DNA of 64,000 nt from an uncultured SAR86 cluster bacterium (GTDB lineage: Bacteria > Pseudomonadota > Gammaproteobacteria > Magnimaribacterales > AG-339-G14): contig CABZJI010000001.1 of NCBI GenBank assembly GCA_902526045.1, forward strand, positions 26,482-90,481. Reading direction: 5' to 3'. Position numbers and translations under genes: made by a program. The notes beneath the pieces were generated by a model, which was not told the DNA's origin, ran no database searches, and was given only the letters and a program-made list of their open reading frames with translations. Positions 43,360 to 52,762 of this stretch are shown one piece after another; position 1 is the first letter of the stretch, and each line of letters starts with the position of its first letter.

Positions 43360-44247
43360 ATGAGCTTAAACGTTATCGCCATCGTCCTCTCGGCTGTCAC
43401 ACTCGGTCTAGTGACTTACTTGTTGTTAAAACTGAGAGATCAAAATACTTTGGAGAAAGGTAACACCGATCATTTACAAACAAAATTGGATTCGGTTTCA
43501 AAAGATATCAACGATATCGAAAATCAATTGGCATCAGTAACAACGCCCATCAATGAACTTAACCGCTTTCTTGGTGGGAATGTCACTACCGGAAGGTTGG
43601 GTGAATGGAATCTAAAGTCCATTGTCAAAGAAATCTTGCCGGATGGGAGTTATAACTTTCAGGCACAAATTAATCCTGAGACACAAGACAGAGTTGATTG
43701 CGCGGTCAACACCGCTGATGGTCTCATTATCCCTATTGATTCGAAGTTTTATGCCGGTCAATACAAGCAATACCAAGAGGCGAGTCGAGACAATGAACGA
43801 GGCACTGTCCTAAGAGATCTGCGCACAGCTATTTTGCGCGATGCCGACGATATTGCCAGCAAGTACATTCGCCAAAACTCAACTTCCAACTACGCTGTCC
43901 TTTACATTGCATCCGAAAAATTAATTGATCTAGTCGATGACATTGAAAATTTAAGACAGGATTGCCTAGCAGAAAAAAAAGTTCTCATTCAAGGTCCCAA
44001 TACTTTGGCTGCTTTTCTAGACACCATTAGAATCGGTCATCACTATCTGCAATTAAATGAAACGGCAGGAAAAGTGGCAGAAGTGGTCAGACGTATCAAA
44101 ACTCAGTTTGATAGTTTTGATAAAAGCACTGAGGCGGTGACTAAAAAATTAGAAGCATCCATTAAAGAAGTCTCTTCACTACAAACCAGAATTAATGTTT
44201 TGGGAAGAGAGCTCAATAAAGGTGCTGAGGATCTTAAAGAAGATTAA
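43360..44247 (+). CDS. rmuC: RmuC-family protein
   Basis: N-terminal TM and coiled coil, GRLGEWNL, RVD..PIDSKF nuclease-like motif, GPNTLAAFL. Confidence 0.8.
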   Translation: MSLNVIAIVLSAVTLGLVTYLLLKLRDQNTLEKGNTDHLQTKLDSVSKDINDIENQLASVTTPINELNRFLGGNVTTGRLGEWNLKSIVKEILPDGSYNFQAQINPETQDRVDCAVNTADGLIIPIDSKFYAGQYKQYQEASRDNERGTVLRDLRTAILRDADDIASKYIRQNSTSNYAVLYIASEKLIDLVDDIENLRQDCLAEKKVLIQGPNTLAAFLDTIRIGHHYLQLNETAGKVAEVVRRIKTQFDSFDKSTEAVTKKLEASIKEVSSLQTRINVLGRELNKGAEDLKED

Positions 44248-45107
44248 CTCAAATCGTAACCATAACGATCTTTTTGGACTTTAAAGTATTCGTCGTCATC
44301 TTCAATTTTGCCGTCTTTAATCCAAGCTTCTGGACCGTCCTCATCGTAAACTCTGATGTTATCTCTGGCATCTTGTTCAAGTAAATAATGCATCTTTGGG
44401 CTCTCTGAAACGACTATGTCCAACATGCACTTAGCTATATCGATTGGATCGCAACCTGTTTCCAATAACCCTTTAGTTATCATGCGGACTGTTCTTGATT
44501 GAAGCATTTCATAATGTTTCTTGTCTTCTTCAGGTAGAGCATTTTTTCCAAAAATAGGAGTCCTCACGACACCTGGCTCCACTAAGGCTACTCGGATGCC
44601 AAACTTAGCCACTTCGTGAGCCAAGGTTTCTGAAAGACCGTTGAGGGCATATTTACTGGCGCAATACGGACCCTGTAGAAAAAACGGACGCCTGCCTGCT
44701 TGCGAAGAAATGTTGATAATAGTGCCTGACCCTTTTGCTCGCATGGTTGGAATCACTGCTTTCATCATTCGATAAGCACCGAAGTAATTGGTTTCCATGA
44801 TCTCTCTGGCTTTATCGATAGAAGTATTTTCAACTGACATTCCGTGACCGATTCCAGCATTATTTATCAGCACATCGATATCTCCTACCTCATCTGTTAC
44901 TTTTTTGATTGTAGTATCTACTGAAGCTTGATCGGTTACATCGAGAGGTAGAACCAGAGAGGAATCATTACTTTGATCAAGAGATTGAAGCCCTTCAGAT
45001 GACTTTGGGTTTCTTGCCGTTGCGATCACTTGATAGCCTTTGGCAGTAAAGTGCTCCGCTGCAGCCAATCCAATGCCTGTGCTGCATCCGGTTATAAATA
45101 CGTTCAT
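44244..45107 (-). CDS. Short-chain dehydrogenase/reductase
   Basis: ITGCSTGIG, LINNAG, YCASK. Confidence 0.92.
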   Translation of the reverse strand: MNVFITGCSTGIGLAAAEHFTAKGYQVIATARNPKSSEGLQSLDQSNDSSLVLPLDVTDQASVDTTIKKVTDEVGDIDVLINNAGIGHGMSVENTSIDKAREIMETNYFGAYRMMKAVIPTMRAKGSGTIINISSQAGRRPFFLQGPYCASKYALNGLSETLAHEVAKFGIRVALVEPGVVRTPIFGKNALPEEDKKHYEMLQSRTVRMITKGLLETGCDPIDIAKCMLDIVVSESPKMHYLLEQDARDNIRVYDEDGPEAWIKDGKIEDDDEYFKVQKDRYGYDLS

Positions 45108-45163
45108 GGTTAACCTCTCAAAATTTTTTAATTTAATTGTGTGTTGGGTTTAGAATACCCCTC

Positions 45164-45583
45164 ATGTTGGGAATATATCAATCTTCGTTAATTGGTTTAT
45201 GGTTCATCTTGGTTACGATCGTGGTTCAAGCAATGGTTTTAATTCATCTGCATCGCAAACAACCTAATTATAAAGTTGGTGTAATAGATCCTTCGTTAGG
45301 ACAAGAATCTTTGTTTTTTAGAGCGTATCGAACGTTTTGGAATTCAATGGAAAACATAGTTCCTGTTCTTGGAATGGCTTTGATCGCATTAGTATCTGGC
45401 TATAGTGCAACCAAACTTTCTATTATCCTTTGGACGTATGCGATTGCGAGAGTCTTTCATATGATTTTGTACTACATGGTAGCTACAGATAAGAATCCGA
45501 GTCTGCGCAGTATCTTTTTTAGTATTGGCTTTTTAGCAATGTTTTACCTGTTGATTGACTTGGGTTTATATTTAATTTTTTAA
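45164..45583 (+). CDS. MAPEG family membrane protein
   Basis: RAYRTFWNSMEN, ARVFHMILY; 4 TM; start reset to ATG 45164. Confidence 0.8.
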   Translation: MLGIYQSSLIGLWFILVTIVVQAMVLIHLHRKQPNYKVGVIDPSLGQESLFFRAYRTFWNSMENIVPVLGMALIALVSGYSATKLSIILWTYAIARVFHMILYYMVATDKNPSLRSIFFSIGFLAMFYLLIDLGLYLIF

Positions 45584-45617
45584 CCGCTTTCATTTTTGTT
45601 CTTTTACAGGTTTAATA

Positions 45618-45914
45618 ATGTCCATGAAATTTAAGCTGTTTGCAGTTCTTTTTGCGCTCGTTTTTTCTGTAGGAATTATCTCCCATGAGACGTCGCATTA
45701 TGAATTGGATCATGGTGATCATGATCATGCAGATCATTCAGTTGAGCTCAGCGAAGATTGTTCAACTTGTTTAGCAGAACAAAGCGAGTTTGTTCAAGAA
45801 GAAACAACTCATCAACCTTCAGCAACGATTTCTGATTTCCTTGTTGTTAAAAAGACAAGGCAAATCAACCTTTCACCTAATCAACTCTCCATTCGTGCAC
45901 CGCCAAAAAATTAA
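45618..45914 (+). CDS. His-rich CxxC/RAPP leader protein (DUF2946/CruR-like)
   Basis: Hydrophobic N-terminus, HETSH..HGDHDHADH, CSTC, C-terminal IRAPPKN; 42 bp upstream of the TonB receptor. Confidence 0.75.
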   Translation: MSMKFKLFAVLFALVFSVGIISHETSHYELDHGDHDHADHSVELSEDCSTCLAEQSEFVQEETTHQPSATISDFLVVKKTRQINLSPNQLSIRAPPKN

Positions 45915-45956
45915 ATTTTAAATTTTTTTAATTTTTAAATTTTTTTTGGAGGTTTT

Positions 45957-48299
45957 GTGAAACATTTTATTTATTTTTTAGTAGTACTTTTTAGTGCACA
46001 ATTCTTAATAGCTGATGATGTTGAGGAAGTAACGGTTACCGCTTCTTTAATAGATCAGAATTTAAGTGAGGTTGGTGATCCGGTTCAAGTTTTATCCGGC
46101 GTTGATTTAGACGATCAAGGAAGAGCTAGTCTTGGTGAATCCATTGACGATCTACTTGGTGTAGCCAACTCTGATTATGGTTTTGCTACCGGTCAACCTG
46201 TTATCAGAGGATTATCGGGTCCCAGAATTAAAATTCTTAAAAACGGGATGGTTAACAGGGATGTTGCTGGTATCGGAGTCGATCATCCAGTTGAGATCGA
46301 TATGAACAACGTTCAACAAATCGAGGTAGTCCGTGGCCCTTCATCTCTGCTTTACGCGAACGGTGGCGTTGGAGGAATCATCAATATCGTTGATAACACC
46401 ATTGCAAGACAGGATTTCGATGGGTTAAGCGCAAACGTAGACTTTGAAAAGCAATCCGTAAATAGGGGATCAGTTGAAGCTTTTGGAATAACCAACATTG
46501 TTAATGGCATCAACTTTAGCTACTCCTATGAAAATACCGATTTTGAAAATTACGATATTCCAGACGGAGCAGTTATGCATTCTGAAGAAGAGCATGATGA
46601 ACACGAAGGTGAGGAAGAACATGACGAGCATGAGGAAGAAGAACATCATGATGAAGAACTTGGTTACTTAGAAAACTCTGATTATGAGCGTGAGTCTCAT
46701 AAATTTGGATTTTCAGTTGTTGAAGATTGGGGATACATTGGTGCATCTGCAAATATTTTAGAGACTCATTATGGTATTCCTTATCATGGCGAAGGCCACG
46801 GTGGTCATGGTGGCCATGGTGATGAAGAAGATCACGACGAGCATGAAGGTGAAGAAGATCACGATGAGCATGAGGAGGAAGAAGGTCATGATGAACACGA
46901 AGGTGAAAGAGTATTCTCTGTAACTGATTCCAACGAAGTAAACGTTCAAGGTTCTTACAATTTTGATGCAGGAGCAGTAAGCAAAATTAATTACTTCATC
47001 AGAGGAACTAATTATTCGCTTACAGAAGGGCATGCAGAGGAAGAAGGTCATGATGATCACGAAGGTGAAGAAGATCATGATGAACACGAGGGTGAAGAAG
47101 ACCATGATGAGCATGAAGATGAACATGGACATGGCGAAGAGGGTCCAACAACTTTCTCAAATGATTCTTATGAAATTGGAACAATTCTTGACCTTTCAAC
47201 TTCAAACTTAGGTCAAAAAATTTCTATCAATCTTGCCCAAGAAGAACAGTCCATTGTAGGTCATGAATCTTTTATGAATCCTACAAAGTCGGATGAATAT
47301 ACTGTTGGTTACTTCATGTCTAAAGATTTTTCTGATCATCACCTTGATTTTGGGATTCGTTATGACTCGGTCAGCAGAAATGGATCTTTAACTGAACGAG
47401 AAGAGCATGACGAGCATGAAGGTGAAGAGGATCATGACGATCATGAAGGTGAAGAGGATCATGATGAGCATGAGGAAGAGCATGGCGAGCAGACTTTTTA
47501 TAACGTCGACATGTCCAGTGCGAGTCTTGCATTAACTTATACTTACGATATCAATGAGAATGTAAAATTTCTAATTGGAGCAGCCTCTGTGGAAAGAGCA
47601 CCCTCTGCTTTAGAGCTTTTCATGAACGGTCCTCACTTAGCGACCGGAAGACTTGAAACAGGTAACGTCAATTTAAATGCTGAGAGATCCAATAACGTTG
47701 ATCTTACGCTTGAGTTTGATATCGACAGTTGGTTTGGAAACGTCTCTGTATTCGCAAATAACATTACCGATTACATCTACTTACAAGATGAAACCGAAGA
47801 AGATCATGAAGAAGAAGGTCACGATGATCACGGCGGATTAATAAAAGCTGACTATCTCCAAAAAGATGCTGAGTTTACTGGTTATGAATTAGAGTTTGGA
47901 ACCATTATTGATGTTGATAACGGAGAGGTTGAGGTTTCTTTTGGTAGGGACTCAGTTGAAGGTAAGTTTGCTGCCGGCGGTTACATCCCCAGAATGACTC
48001 CAACAAGGAACTTCTTTGATGTGTCCTACAGCAACGACGTTTTAAAAACGACTTTATCCCTTAAAGACGTTGAAGAGCAATCTAAGCTGGCGGTAAATGA
48101 AACTATTACTGGTGCATACCAAATGGTGGACTTCACCCTTTCAGGTACGGTTCCATTAGATCCTAATGTTGATTTGAAGCTATCGTTCTTTGCTTCAAAC
48201 CTTCTTGATGAAGCTGCACGAAATCATAATTCGTTTGTAAAAGACCAGGTCCCCTTACCTGGCAGAAACGTAGGTCTGAGGTTTAGCCTACGCTTCTAA
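45957..48299 (+). CDS. TonB-dependent receptor, ZnuD-like, with His/Glu-rich loops
   Basis: EEVTVTA TonB box, PVIRGLSGPRI, IEVVRGPSSLLY plug, ELFMNGPH, C-terminal F; GTG start after GGAGG. Confidence 0.92.
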   Translation: MKHFIYFLVVLFSAQFLIADDVEEVTVTASLIDQNLSEVGDPVQVLSGVDLDDQGRASLGESIDDLLGVANSDYGFATGQPVIRGLSGPRIKILKNGMVNRDVAGIGVDHPVEIDMNNVQQIEVVRGPSSLLYANGGVGGIINIVDNTIARQDFDGLSANVDFEKQSVNRGSVEAFGITNIVNGINFSYSYENTDFENYDIPDGAVMHSEEEHDEHEGEEEHDEHEEEEHHDEELGYLENSDYERESHKFGFSVVEDWGYIGASANILETHYGIPYHGEGHGGHGGHGDEEDHDEHEGEEDHDEHEEEEGHDEHEGERVFSVTDSNEVNVQGSYNFDAGAVSKINYFIRGTNYSLTEGHAEEEGHDDHEGEEDHDEHEGEEDHDEHEDEHGHGEEGPTTFSNDSYEIGTILDLSTSNLGQKISINLAQEEQSIVGHESFMNPTKSDEYTVGYFMSKDFSDHHLDFGIRYDSVSRNGSLTEREEHDEHEGEEDHDDHEGEEDHDEHEEEHGEQTFYNVDMSSASLALTYTYDINENVKFLIGAASVERAPSALELFMNGPHLATGRLETGNVNLNAERSNNVDLTLEFDIDSWFGNVSVFANNITDYIYLQDETEEDHEEEGHDDHGGLIKADYLQKDAEFTGYELEFGTIIDVDNGEVEVSFGRDSVEGKFAAGGYIPRMTPTRNFFDVSYSNDVLKTTLSLKDVEEQSKLAVNETITGAYQMVDFTLSGTVPLDPNVDLKLSFFASNLLDEAARNHNSFVKDQVPLPGRNVGLRFSLRF
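46578..47835 (+). repeat. Five blocks of degenerate 27-nt repeats encoding (D/E)HDEHEGEE
   Basis: Blocks near 46578-46658, 46786-46905, 47031-47140, 47395-47490, 47795-47835. Confidence 0.9.
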
Positions 48300-48310
48300 A
48301 AATATAAGCC

Positions 48311-48336
48311 AACCGCCCGATTAATTTCGGGCGGTT
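48311..48336. terminator. Hairpin terminator after TonB receptor
   Basis: AACCGCCCGA-6nt-TCGGGCGGTT perfect 10-bp stem between convergent genes. Confidence 0.75.
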
Positions 48337-48439
48337 TATAAATGAAGATAGGTTGATGTTGTCTTTAGATCCGATTTTTGATGAGGATCAGTTCAAGATG
48401 TATGTCTAATACAAACATAAGAAGAAAAAATTTATACCA

Positions 48440-49213
48440 TTACCCCTGGAAAATATGATGTACCCAATTGATTAATTTCGGGTGGTTCTTCACATCAATG
48501 ATGTATTCTTGCCCTCGACCTTTACAACGAGTTATACATTCCTTTTCGTCCTCCCATTTCAATCTGTTTAAAAAAGGATCTGATTTAGCAAAATATTTTT
48601 TTGGCAGTTGCCAGACAGAACGGGTCGCTTGATCTTTAGTTAAAACCAAGTTTTTATGAGTTTTTTTAAAATGACCGTAACCTCTTAAAGGTGATGATTT
48701 ATTCCCCAAAGTTAATTTTTTTGTTCCAACGTATAAGCAGTTATTACTAAATTTATAAAAAGCATGCGGATGCATCTTTTTTTTATTTTTGAAGTACTGT
48801 TGAATCGCCTCGTTTCCGTCGATAATTTTATCTATTTGGAGCCAGCCAAAAATGTGATGTAAGTCTCTACCGCCTTCTGAATAATTTTTGAACCATCCAA
48901 AAAATAGAAAAAGATCCCCCGGTCCAACTTGATTATTTCGTAACTCGGATTGTGAACTGCTTGCTTGCCCAAATAAACCTGTTTCTAAATTTGGATCGTA
49001 ATGACAATTATCGCTTGGCTTACTTTGTGCCTTGGATTCTTTCAGAGCATCGATACATCGAATGCCGTTCACACTGACGTCTTTAAATTTATCCGGCGCC
49101 GGTCCTGAGAAAGGAATGGGCAGAGAACACAAGCTTCCGTCTGAAAAAATAGGAGAAGCCACCCCACCAGAAGACGAGTCAAAGCCTTTTCTACTTAAAA
49201 TTATTCTTTTCAT
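48440..49213 (-). CDS. Nmad3-like (nucleotide modification-associated domain 3) protein
   Basis: ILSRKGFDSSSGG..SP..DG.L.SLPIP, CHYDP (HxD), FGQ, VGPGDLFLFFGWF, HIFGWLQI, HPH; recognised from memory. Confidence 0.7.
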   Translation of the reverse strand: MKRIILSRKGFDSSSGGVASPIFSDGSLCSLPIPFSGPAPDKFKDVSVNGIRCIDALKESKAQSKPSDNCHYDPNLETGLFGQASSSQSELRNNQVGPGDLFLFFGWFKNYSEGGRDLHHIFGWLQIDKIIDGNEAIQQYFKNKKKMHPHAFYKFSNNCLYVGTKKLTLGNKSSPLRGYGHFKKTHKNLVLTKDQATRSVWQLPKKYFAKSDPFLNRLKWEDEKECITRCKGRGQEYIIDVKNHPKLINWVHHIFQG

Positions 49214-49280
49214 GTACCAATAATGTGATTTTAAAGTAGCTATTTTTATCTACAATAATAAAAGTAATTATGGAGAATTT

Positions 49281-49766
49281 ATGAAAATAATTTTAGTTTT
49301 ATCAATGGTTTTTCTTGCGGCATGCAGTATGGAAGTAGATGTTCAAATTAACGGTGAAAAAAATGAAGAGTTAGCTCAATCCTGGATGGATCATTTGTTG
49401 ATTTCTGGCGATCTTGATGCAGCGTCAGACCTTATGCATGAGGATTTTACCTTCATGTGGATGGGAATCGTTTACCCAGGTAGTGAAATTCATGAGAAAG
49501 AAAGCTTTTTTGATAATTATTGGCCCGTAGTAGGCGAACTTTTACCAAACGGAATAGTTCTGACCACTATTGATGCTATTTCAGATCATGATGGAGTAGC
49601 TTTGATTCAAGTCGGTGATGCAGAAGGCATCAACGGTGAATACGATAATAAATATGTTTGGATATTCAAAATGAAGGATGGCTTGATCCATTCCGTCCGT
49701 GAGTACAATAGCGATTTATTGGTAGCAACTAGATTGTTTAAAAATGAATTAAAGCCCGTCGATTGA
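49281..49766 (+). CDS. SnoaL/NTF2-like lipoprotein
   Basis: LAAC lipobox; YDNKYVWIFKMKDGLIHSVREY. Confidence 0.8.
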   Translation: MKIILVLSMVFLAACSMEVDVQINGEKNEELAQSWMDHLLISGDLDAASDLMHEDFTFMWMGIVYPGSEIHEKESFFDNYWPVVGELLPNGIVLTTIDAISDHDGVALIQVGDAEGINGEYDNKYVWIFKMKDGLIHSVREYNSDLLVATRLFKNELKPVD

Positions 49767-50104
49767 TATATTTTATCTACAATGCCGATGGATCTTTTTT
49801 TGGAGAGATCAGCTACTTTCTTAAGAAGCTGTCCGGCCGTGACAAATGCAAACTATGCGATCTTAGTCATAATTTAATCTTTCAAAAAAAGTCTTGGGAT
49901 GATTTCCTTAAAGAATTAGATCGTCCTTATCAAGTTTTACATATAAACGAATTACCCGAGTCGATAAAACAGCTGAACCTGACTTATCCTTCAATATTAT
50001 TGGAAAAAGAAAATTCCTTTAAAGAGTTGGTCTCAAGAAAAGATTTTGAACACATCGATAATTTATCTCAACTGAAAGAAACTCTCGAAACTAAAAGTAA
50101 TTAA
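49763..50104 (+). CDS. Conserved hypothetical protein with CxxC
   Basis: YNADGS..GE..Y..K, CKLCDLSH; coupled to upstream gene. Confidence 0.65.
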   Translation: MIYFIYNADGSFFGEISYFLKKLSGRDKCKLCDLSHNLIFQKKSWDDFLKELDRPYQVLHINELPESIKQLNLTYPSILLEKENSFKELVSRKDFEHIDNLSQLKETLETKSN

Positions 50105-50114
50105 AAGGTAATTT

Positions 50115-50414
50115 TTAGTTCATGCTCCAAAGAACGTTTCCTGATCGAGGATCGGTTACACCCAGTTCAGGTGAGATTTCTTCTAGATAATCTCTGATGG
50201 TGTCTAAGAAAGCTATCATTTCGGGTCTAGCTGCTACCAGTGCTTCCTCGCTCTCAAACACTCCAAACGACACAAATTCCCTGTCACCGCTTTGAAACAT
50301 TTCGCTTACCAACATTCCAGCCGTCTGAAAATTTGAATCATTAAAGCCTGCGATGAAATCATCGACACAGTCTTCTTTGACAACAAAACGGACACAGTTT
50401 GCATACTTACTCAT
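50115..50414 (-). CDS. ABM-like dimeric alpha+beta barrel protein
   Basis: VRFVVK..DDF, ISPELGVTDPRSG; GGAG SD before ATG 50414. Confidence 0.65.
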   Translation of the reverse strand: MSKYANCVRFVVKEDCVDDFIAGFNDSNFQTAGMLVSEMFQSGDREFVSFGVFESEEALVAARPEMIAFLDTIRDYLEEISPELGVTDPRSGNVLWSMN

Positions 50415-50520
50415 AGTAATCTCCATTTTTAATAGTTTGTTTATGATAATGTTTAATGAAAAAAAATTTAAACCTTTAAAACTTTATAAACTTAATTAAT
50501 CTAACTATTTTGGAGTATGT

Positions 50521-50895
50521 ATGTCTTATCAAAACGATGTTGCACTATTTATGAAATCTGGAGAACAAGGAGTTAGATCGGAATTATCCTTAGAAGGCGA
50601 TCAAGCTAGTTTGTATATGGATTTGATTACTGAGGAGTATCAGGAGACATTGTCTGCATTTGAAAACAGTGACTTGATAGAAGTAGCCGACGGCCTTGCC
50701 GATATGGTTTGGGTCATTATGGGGATGTGTAACAGTTGCGGGATTGATTTTGATTCAGTTTGGCAAGAAGTAAAAGCATCCAACATGAGCAAATTTCCCG
50801 ATGGCAAGGCCATCAAAAATGAACACGGAAAGATTATGAAGCCAGATAGTTATTTCAAACCTAACATTAAAAAGGTTTTAGGCTTTGAGGAGTAA
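50521..50895 (+). CDS. MazG-like all-alpha NTP pyrophosphohydrolase (DR2231/dUTPase-like)
   Basis: LITEEYQE..EVADGLAD, EVKASNMSK, GKIMKP. Confidence 0.85.
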   Translation: MSYQNDVALFMKSGEQGVRSELSLEGDQASLYMDLITEEYQETLSAFENSDLIEVADGLADMVWVIMGMCNSCGIDFDSVWQEVKASNMSKFPDGKAIKNEHGKIMKPDSYFKPNIKKVLGFEE

Positions 50896-50898
50896 AAG

Positions 50899-51189
50899 AT
50901 GAAAAAAGGATATTGGGTCGTAAAAGCAAACGTTATTGATGGCGATAAGCAAGGCGCCTACGGAAAATTAGCGGAAGAAGTCATAGCAAAATTTAATGGC
51001 ATTTTTTTAGTTAGAGGCGGGGAGCAAATCACAAAAGAAGGTACAGAATTCATGCGTAATGTAGTCGTCGAGTTTCCATCCTACGAAATTGCTTTGCAAG
51101 CCTACGAAAGTGATGATTATCAACAAGCCCTTGCTATTCTCGATGGTGGAGCGGAGAGAGCTTTTGCCATTGTCGAGGGCTATGAATAA
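50899..51189 (+). CDS. DUF1330 protein
   Basis: FLVRGG, VVVEFPSYEIA..YES..YQ. Confidence 0.88.
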   Translation: MKKGYWVVKANVIDGDKQGAYGKLAEEVIAKFNGIFLVRGGEQITKEGTEFMRNVVVEFPSYEIALQAYESDDYQQALAILDGGAERAFAIVEGYE

Positions 51190-52192
51190 ATCCTTTCTTT
51201 TATTTGTCTCTCTTTCGATAGTTTTGGGCTGTGGTGGATCTTCTAATTCAGATAATAGCAATTCTATTCCATTAGAGACTGGATTTAATCCAAAGTGTAC
51301 AACTTATAATACAACGATCACCATTTATCCATCGCCATATGAAGGCACCCTAAGAAGATGTTATACGTCCGATAGGCAATTTTATGTATACCTTCCTGAA
51401 GACTATTCTGAAGTCGGATCATCTTATCCTGCCATGTTTAGTTTGCACGGTTATACCAGTACAGCTTTGACTAATATGAGTTATACAGGGTTTATGAAAC
51501 AAGCCGACATAAATGACTTTGTGGTCATTTATCCCCAAGGTTTAGTACATGAATCAAAAGGAGGTACTCACTGGAACACCGATGAAATTGGTCCGGGAAA
51601 CTCAGTGAACAGCATCGAATTTTTAGAATCTGTTCTAGATTGGGTTGGTCAAAATTACAATATAGATTTAGATCGATTTTATTCCGCTGGAATGTCTAAC
51701 GGTGGTTTCATGAGCTATCACCTTGCCTGCAATATCACTTCAAAAATTTCGGCCATTGCCTCTGTTACTGGATCAATGAGTGTTTTTACCTACGATAATT
51801 GCAACGCACAACCAACCTCAGTGATGCAAATCCACGGATCTGTGGATACAATTGTTCCTTATGATGGCACGGTAAGTGCTTCTGGGGTAGGCTTCAAAGG
51901 TATTGAAGATGTTATGGAATTTTGGTCAAGCAACAACATTTGCAATTTAGAACCCTCCATTGAAACGTTGCCTGATATTTCTGCAAACGGAGTAAGCGGC
52001 ACGCATAGAATTTACTCTGAGTGTGCCAATGATGTTGAAGTTCAATTGTACTTCTTAGAGGGAGTTGGCCACGATTGGCCAGAGAATTATGAGGTAGATG
52101 GAAACGGAGGCACAGGTTTGTATGACATAAACTCTGCAGAAATAATTTGGACGTTTTTCAATAATTTTGACCAGCTCGGTAGAAGACAATAA
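51182..52192 (+). CDS. LpqC/PHB-depolymerase-family esterase lipoprotein
   Basis: VLGC lipobox, LHG, VVIYPQG, GMSNGG nucleophile, IHGSVD, GHDWP; start reset to ATG 51182. Confidence 0.85.
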   Translation: MNKSFLLFVSLSIVLGCGGSSNSDNSNSIPLETGFNPKCTTYNTTITIYPSPYEGTLRRCYTSDRQFYVYLPEDYSEVGSSYPAMFSLHGYTSTALTNMSYTGFMKQADINDFVVIYPQGLVHESKGGTHWNTDEIGPGNSVNSIEFLESVLDWVGQNYNIDLDRFYSAGMSNGGFMSYHLACNITSKISAIASVTGSMSVFTYDNCNAQPTSVMQIHGSVDTIVPYDGTVSASGVGFKGIEDVMEFWSSNNICNLEPSIETLPDISANGVSGTHRIYSECANDVEVQLYFLEGVGHDWPENYEVDGNGGTGLYDINSAEIIWTFFNNFDQLGRRQ

Positions 52193-52194
52193 TT

Positions 52195-52755
52195 ATGTGC
52201 GGTCGCTTTACACTAACTAAAACTAATGACTTTGAGAGCATACCAAGGGAAAAAAGAGAGGTATCTTTTAACATAGCTCCATCAAATGAAATAATCATCC
52301 TTGATCCTGAGCCTACATTGAGAACTTGGTCTTATAGTCCCCTGTGGGCAAAAAAGCCCTTCCACCTTATCAATTGTCGATCCGAAACTATGCATAAAAA
52401 ACCTTCTTTTAAAGGTGCCATGCGCTGTCTGGTTCCCACCACTGGTTGGTATGAGTGGCAAGATAATGGTACCCAAAAGCAACCCTTTTATCATCATATT
52501 AATCACGATCTATTCTATTTTGCGGGTTTGGCTAATAATCAAGGCTGCCTCATCGTTACCAAAGAAGCTAATAAAGATATTAAGCAAATCCATCATCGAC
52601 AACCGGTTTTACTGACTCATGATGAGGGTGATCATTGGTTAAATAACGAAGATCAACTAGAAAGTGAACTCGATGATTTAATCGAGTTTTATCCTGTTAG
52701 CACTGAGGTTAATACTCCAAAAAATAATTCACCGAAATTAATCCAGCCTTTATAA
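52195..52755 (+). CDS. SRAP/YedK (HMCES-like) abasic-site protein
   Basis: MCGRF (Cys2), INCRSET, WYEW, IHHRQP. Confidence 0.93.
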   Translation: MCGRFTLTKTNDFESIPREKREVSFNIAPSNEIIILDPEPTLRTWSYSPLWAKKPFHLINCRSETMHKKPSFKGAMRCLVPTTGWYEWQDNGTQKQPFYHHINHDLFYFAGLANNQGCLIVTKEANKDIKQIHHRQPVLLTHDEGDHWLNNEDQLESELDDLIEFYPVSTEVNTPKNNSPKLIQPL

Positions 52756-52762
52756 TTCCCCC

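Noticed and set aside
46758-47205. Hydrophobic and His/Leu-rich minus-strand ORFs
   Set aside because: Reverse-complement artefacts of the His/Glu repeats
46578-47835. Repeats as a CRISPR array
   Set aside because: Degenerate, in-frame coding repeats without unique spacers; no cas genes
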